Shown: in pieces, positions 28,914-31,426 of the stretch
Layout: the number at the start of each line of letters is the position of its first letter
How positions within the stretch are numbered: position 1 is the first letter of the stretch
Assembly (NCBI GenBank): GCA_002269645.1
Contig: NIVC01004919.1
Coordinates: 1-31,426, forward strand
Source of the DNA: Macrostomum lignano
Lineage: Eukaryota
Direction of reading: 5' to 3'
DNA: 31,426 nt
Made by a program: the position numbers and the translations under genes
Notes under the pieces: model-generated
Database searches by the model: none
Told to the model about the DNA's origin: nothing
The model's input: only the letters and a program-made list of their open reading frames with translations

Positions 28914-30873
28914 ATGGAAACCCTCAGGAAGATGGTAAAGTTTTGGCTCTGCATTTATATCGAACTGGCTTTTTCTAAAATAGGATTGGCTAAAATTTAT
29001 TGGAGATTCGATTTTCATCAACACTCACTTCGATTGCTGCTTAGTTGGATGTTTCTATCTGGGGCTTCTTGCGACTCTGCTAATTGCTTTAAAGAGGTAT
29101 TGATTGCTAATTCTTGGCCTTGTGCTGCGCGCGACCCAATTTTTGTTTTAGAATTTCAGCGGCCTCTCACCTTCGGCTTCGAGCGGCATGGCTGAGACCG
29201 ACTCGGTAATGGCGAGCGATGAGAAGCTCAAGAATTTGAAGGTGAGTTCATGAGTGAGTTTGTGGGTGAGTTTATGAGTAGTATATGTGTGTTTATAAAT
29301 TAGTTTATGACTGAGTTTATGTGTGTTTATAAATTAGTTTATGACTGAGTTTATGGGAGCGTTTATTGGTGAGTTTATAGGTGTGTTAATAAATGAGTTT
29401 ACGCTCGTATGAGTGAGTTTATGAGTCAGTTTAGGAATAAGTTTATCCGTGTGTTTATAAATTTGTTTATAGATGAGTTGAGAGTATGTTTATGATTGAG
29501 TTTACGTGTGAGTTTATGGATGTGCTTATAAGGTGAGTTTTTTGAGTGAATTTATCAGTGAGTCAGTCTCAACCATGAGTGAGTTTATTGAGTTTTTGAG
29601 TGAGTTTATTAGTGATTTAATGAATCAGTTCATGCATGAGCTCCTGAATGATTTCACAAGTAATTTTATGAATGAATAAACTATGCGCTTATAGAATCAG
29701 TTTATTTTAATTTTTACATTTCAGAAAAAGATGGATAGACTGTATAAAGTTCTTCGACAATACACGGAGTCCTATAGAAGTGAGTGAAGGAATATTCCCT
29801 GAGAATTAATGTCGAATTTAATGAAGGAATATCTTGGGTGTGGCTTAAGCTTCTCTTCTCTTATTTAGGCTAGGGGTAGAGAGTCGGGGAGGAGTGGGGT
29901 TTATTCAGGCTAGGGGTAGAGAGTCGGGGAGGAGTGGGGTTTATTTAGGCTAGGGGTAGAGAGTCGGGGAGGAGTGGGGTTTATTTAGGCTAGGGGTAGA
30001 GAGTCGGGGAGGAGTGGGGTTTATTTAGGCTAGGGGTAGAGAGTCCGGGAGGAGTGGGGTTTATTTAGGCTAGGGGTAGAGAGTCGGGAGGAGTGGGGTT
30101 TATTTAGGCTTGGGGTAGAGATTCGGGAGGAGTGGGGTTTATTTAGGCTAGGGGTCGAGAGTCGGGTAGAAGTGGGTTTATTTAGGCTAGGGGTAGAGAT
30201 TCGGGGAGGAGTGGGGTTTATTTAGGCTAGGGGTAGAGAGTCGGGGAGGAGTGGGGTTTATTTAGGCTAGGGGTCGAGAGTCCGGGAGGAGTGGGGTTTA
30301 CTTAGGCTAGGGGTAGAGAGTCGGGGAGGAGTGGGGTTTATTTAGGCTAGGGGTAGAGAGTCGGGGAGGTGTGGGGTTTATTTAGGCTAGGGGTAGAGAG
30401 TCGGGGAGGAGTGGGGTTTATTTAGGCTAGGGGTAGAGAGTCGGGGAGGTGTGGGGTTTATTTAGGCTAGGGGTAGAGAGTCGGGGAGGAGTGGGGATTA
30501 TTTAGGCTAGGGGTAGAGAGTCGGGGAGGAGTGGAGTAGTATAGTAGTGCCTTTAATGGGTTTCATTGCAAACAGCCCCAGTTAACACTTAGTTATCTCG
30601 TCTCCAGCCTTCATCACATCGCAGCAGAAGTTTTTCTCAGAGTTGGACAGCCTGTATGAAGACAACTGGGTTGAGAAGTCAGAGTTTAGACGCAGCTTTG
30701 AGGTAAAAAAATTTTTTGTCATAAAACGTGCATTTATAGAATAAAAAGTCTTAATAATTTTGCAAAATCATTTGCAGATTCTGACAAATATTGGGCAAAA
30801 CGGTGCAAAGAGCCTGGAGACAATTCCGATTGAGGAGACGATTGTGTTTAAGGATCAGTTTGGCCCGTATGAG
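28914..30873 (+). CDS. BAR-domain protein, amphiphysin/BIN-like, 5' portion; exons 28914-28934, 29152-29241, 29725-29779, 30608-30702, 30778-30873; continues beyond the window
   Basis: The spliced product ...DEKLKNLKKKMDRLYKVLRQYTESYRTFITSQQKFFSELDSLYEDNWVEKSE...DQFGPYE aligns by eye with BIN1 RLQKDLRTYLASV...VYEPDW...E...GQFP. GT-AG junctions have consistent phases (0,0,1,0). The first mini-exon is less certain; an alternative ATG lies at 29188. Confidence 0.72.
29245..29640. repeat. Degenerate ~12-bp TGAGTTTAT-type repeat filling a BAR-gene intron
   Basis: Direct reading. Confidence 0.75.
29861..30534 (+). repeat. 40-bp G-rich minisatellite, about 17 copies
   Basis: TTATTTAGGCTAGGGGTAGAGAGTCGGGGAGGAGTGGGGT repeated. 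Confidence 0.95.
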
Positions 30874-30914
30874 GTGAGCTGCGATTAACAGTTACGGTTT
30901 ATTGAAGTATTAGG

Positions 30915-31292
30915 GACTCTCTACCCCTAGCCTAAATAAACCCCACTTCTACCCGACTCTCTACCCCAAGCCTAAATAAACCCACTCCTCCCCGACTCTC
31001 TACCCCAAGCCTAAATAAACCCCACTCCTCCCCGACTCTCTACCCCTAGCCTAATAAACCCCACTCCTCCCCGACTCTCTACCCCTAGCCTAAATAAACC
31101 CCACTCCTCCCCGACTCTCTGCCCCTAGCCTAAATAAACCCCACTCCTCCCCGACTCTCTACCCCTAGCCTAAATAAACCCCACTTCTACCCGACTCTCT
31201 ACCCCAAGCCTAAATAAACCCCACTCCTCCCCGACTCTCTACCCCAAGCCTAAATAAACCCCAAGCCTAAATAAACCCCACACTCCTCCCCG
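30915..31292 (-). repeat. Same 40-bp minisatellite in inverted orientation, about 9 copies
   Basis: GACTCTCTACCCCTAGCCTAAATAAACCCCACTCCTCCCC is the reverse complement of the 29861-30534 unit. Confidence 0.95.
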
Positions 31293-31426
31293 TAATTATT
31301 GAAGTTTTTTATCTCAATGGCTATTTAAACATCTGTATTCGCCATGAATTACAATTTACTATCCTAGCATTTAATTCACTAAACTGATTTTCTCTTCTAA
31401 ATTCCCCTGTACACTCAATTCCCCGC

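Noticed and set aside
28791-29195. 134-aa plus-strand ORF
   Set aside because: Runs through a GT-AG intron (28935-29151); only METLRKM appears to be coding, and the BAR frame resumes at 29152 in a different frame.

Overview
Intron-rich eukaryotic (invertebrate animal) genomic DNA, not prokaryotic. PolyQ/polyA-rich proteins, short introns stuffed with micro- and minisatellites and the repeat style suggest a free-living flatworm such as Macrostomum, but this is inference only. Four host genes are visible. (1) The 3' part of a cut/CUX homeobox gene (+; CUT repeat 2, CUT repeat 3 and homeodomain; 169-4478). (2) An intronless USF-type bHLH-ZIP gene (-; 8744-9700). (3) A complete 7-exon SLC6 Na+/Cl- transporter of the glycine-transporter type (+; 20999-26407, 677 aa). 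(4) The 5' part of an amphiphysin/BIN-like BAR-domain gene (+; from 28914). Mobile DNA comprises a 1.8-kb THAP-encoding P-like element with ~150-bp TIRs and an 8-bp TSD inside a cut intron, a 5'-truncated RTE-type LINE fragment, a decayed tRNA/CORE-like SINE, two MITEs, and a full-length 5.9-kb LOA-like non-LTR retrotransposon (ORF1 + APE-RT-RNase H-zinc knuckle) with a perfect 12-bp TSD. Many frameshifts are single-base indels in homopolymers and are probably consensus errors. The strongest leads are: inverted 40-bp satellite arrays bracketing two BAR exons (circRNA/dsRNA geometry); a KP-like truncated P element in a field of CATAGAC motifs; two exact CCAAT-N9-CCACG (ERSE) elements plus a TATA pointing antisense into the USF gene; a degenerate CUT repeat 3; and an array of STAT/GAS motifs behind the SLC6 gene. 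I found no clearly new multi-gene system, and all leads need computation or experiment.
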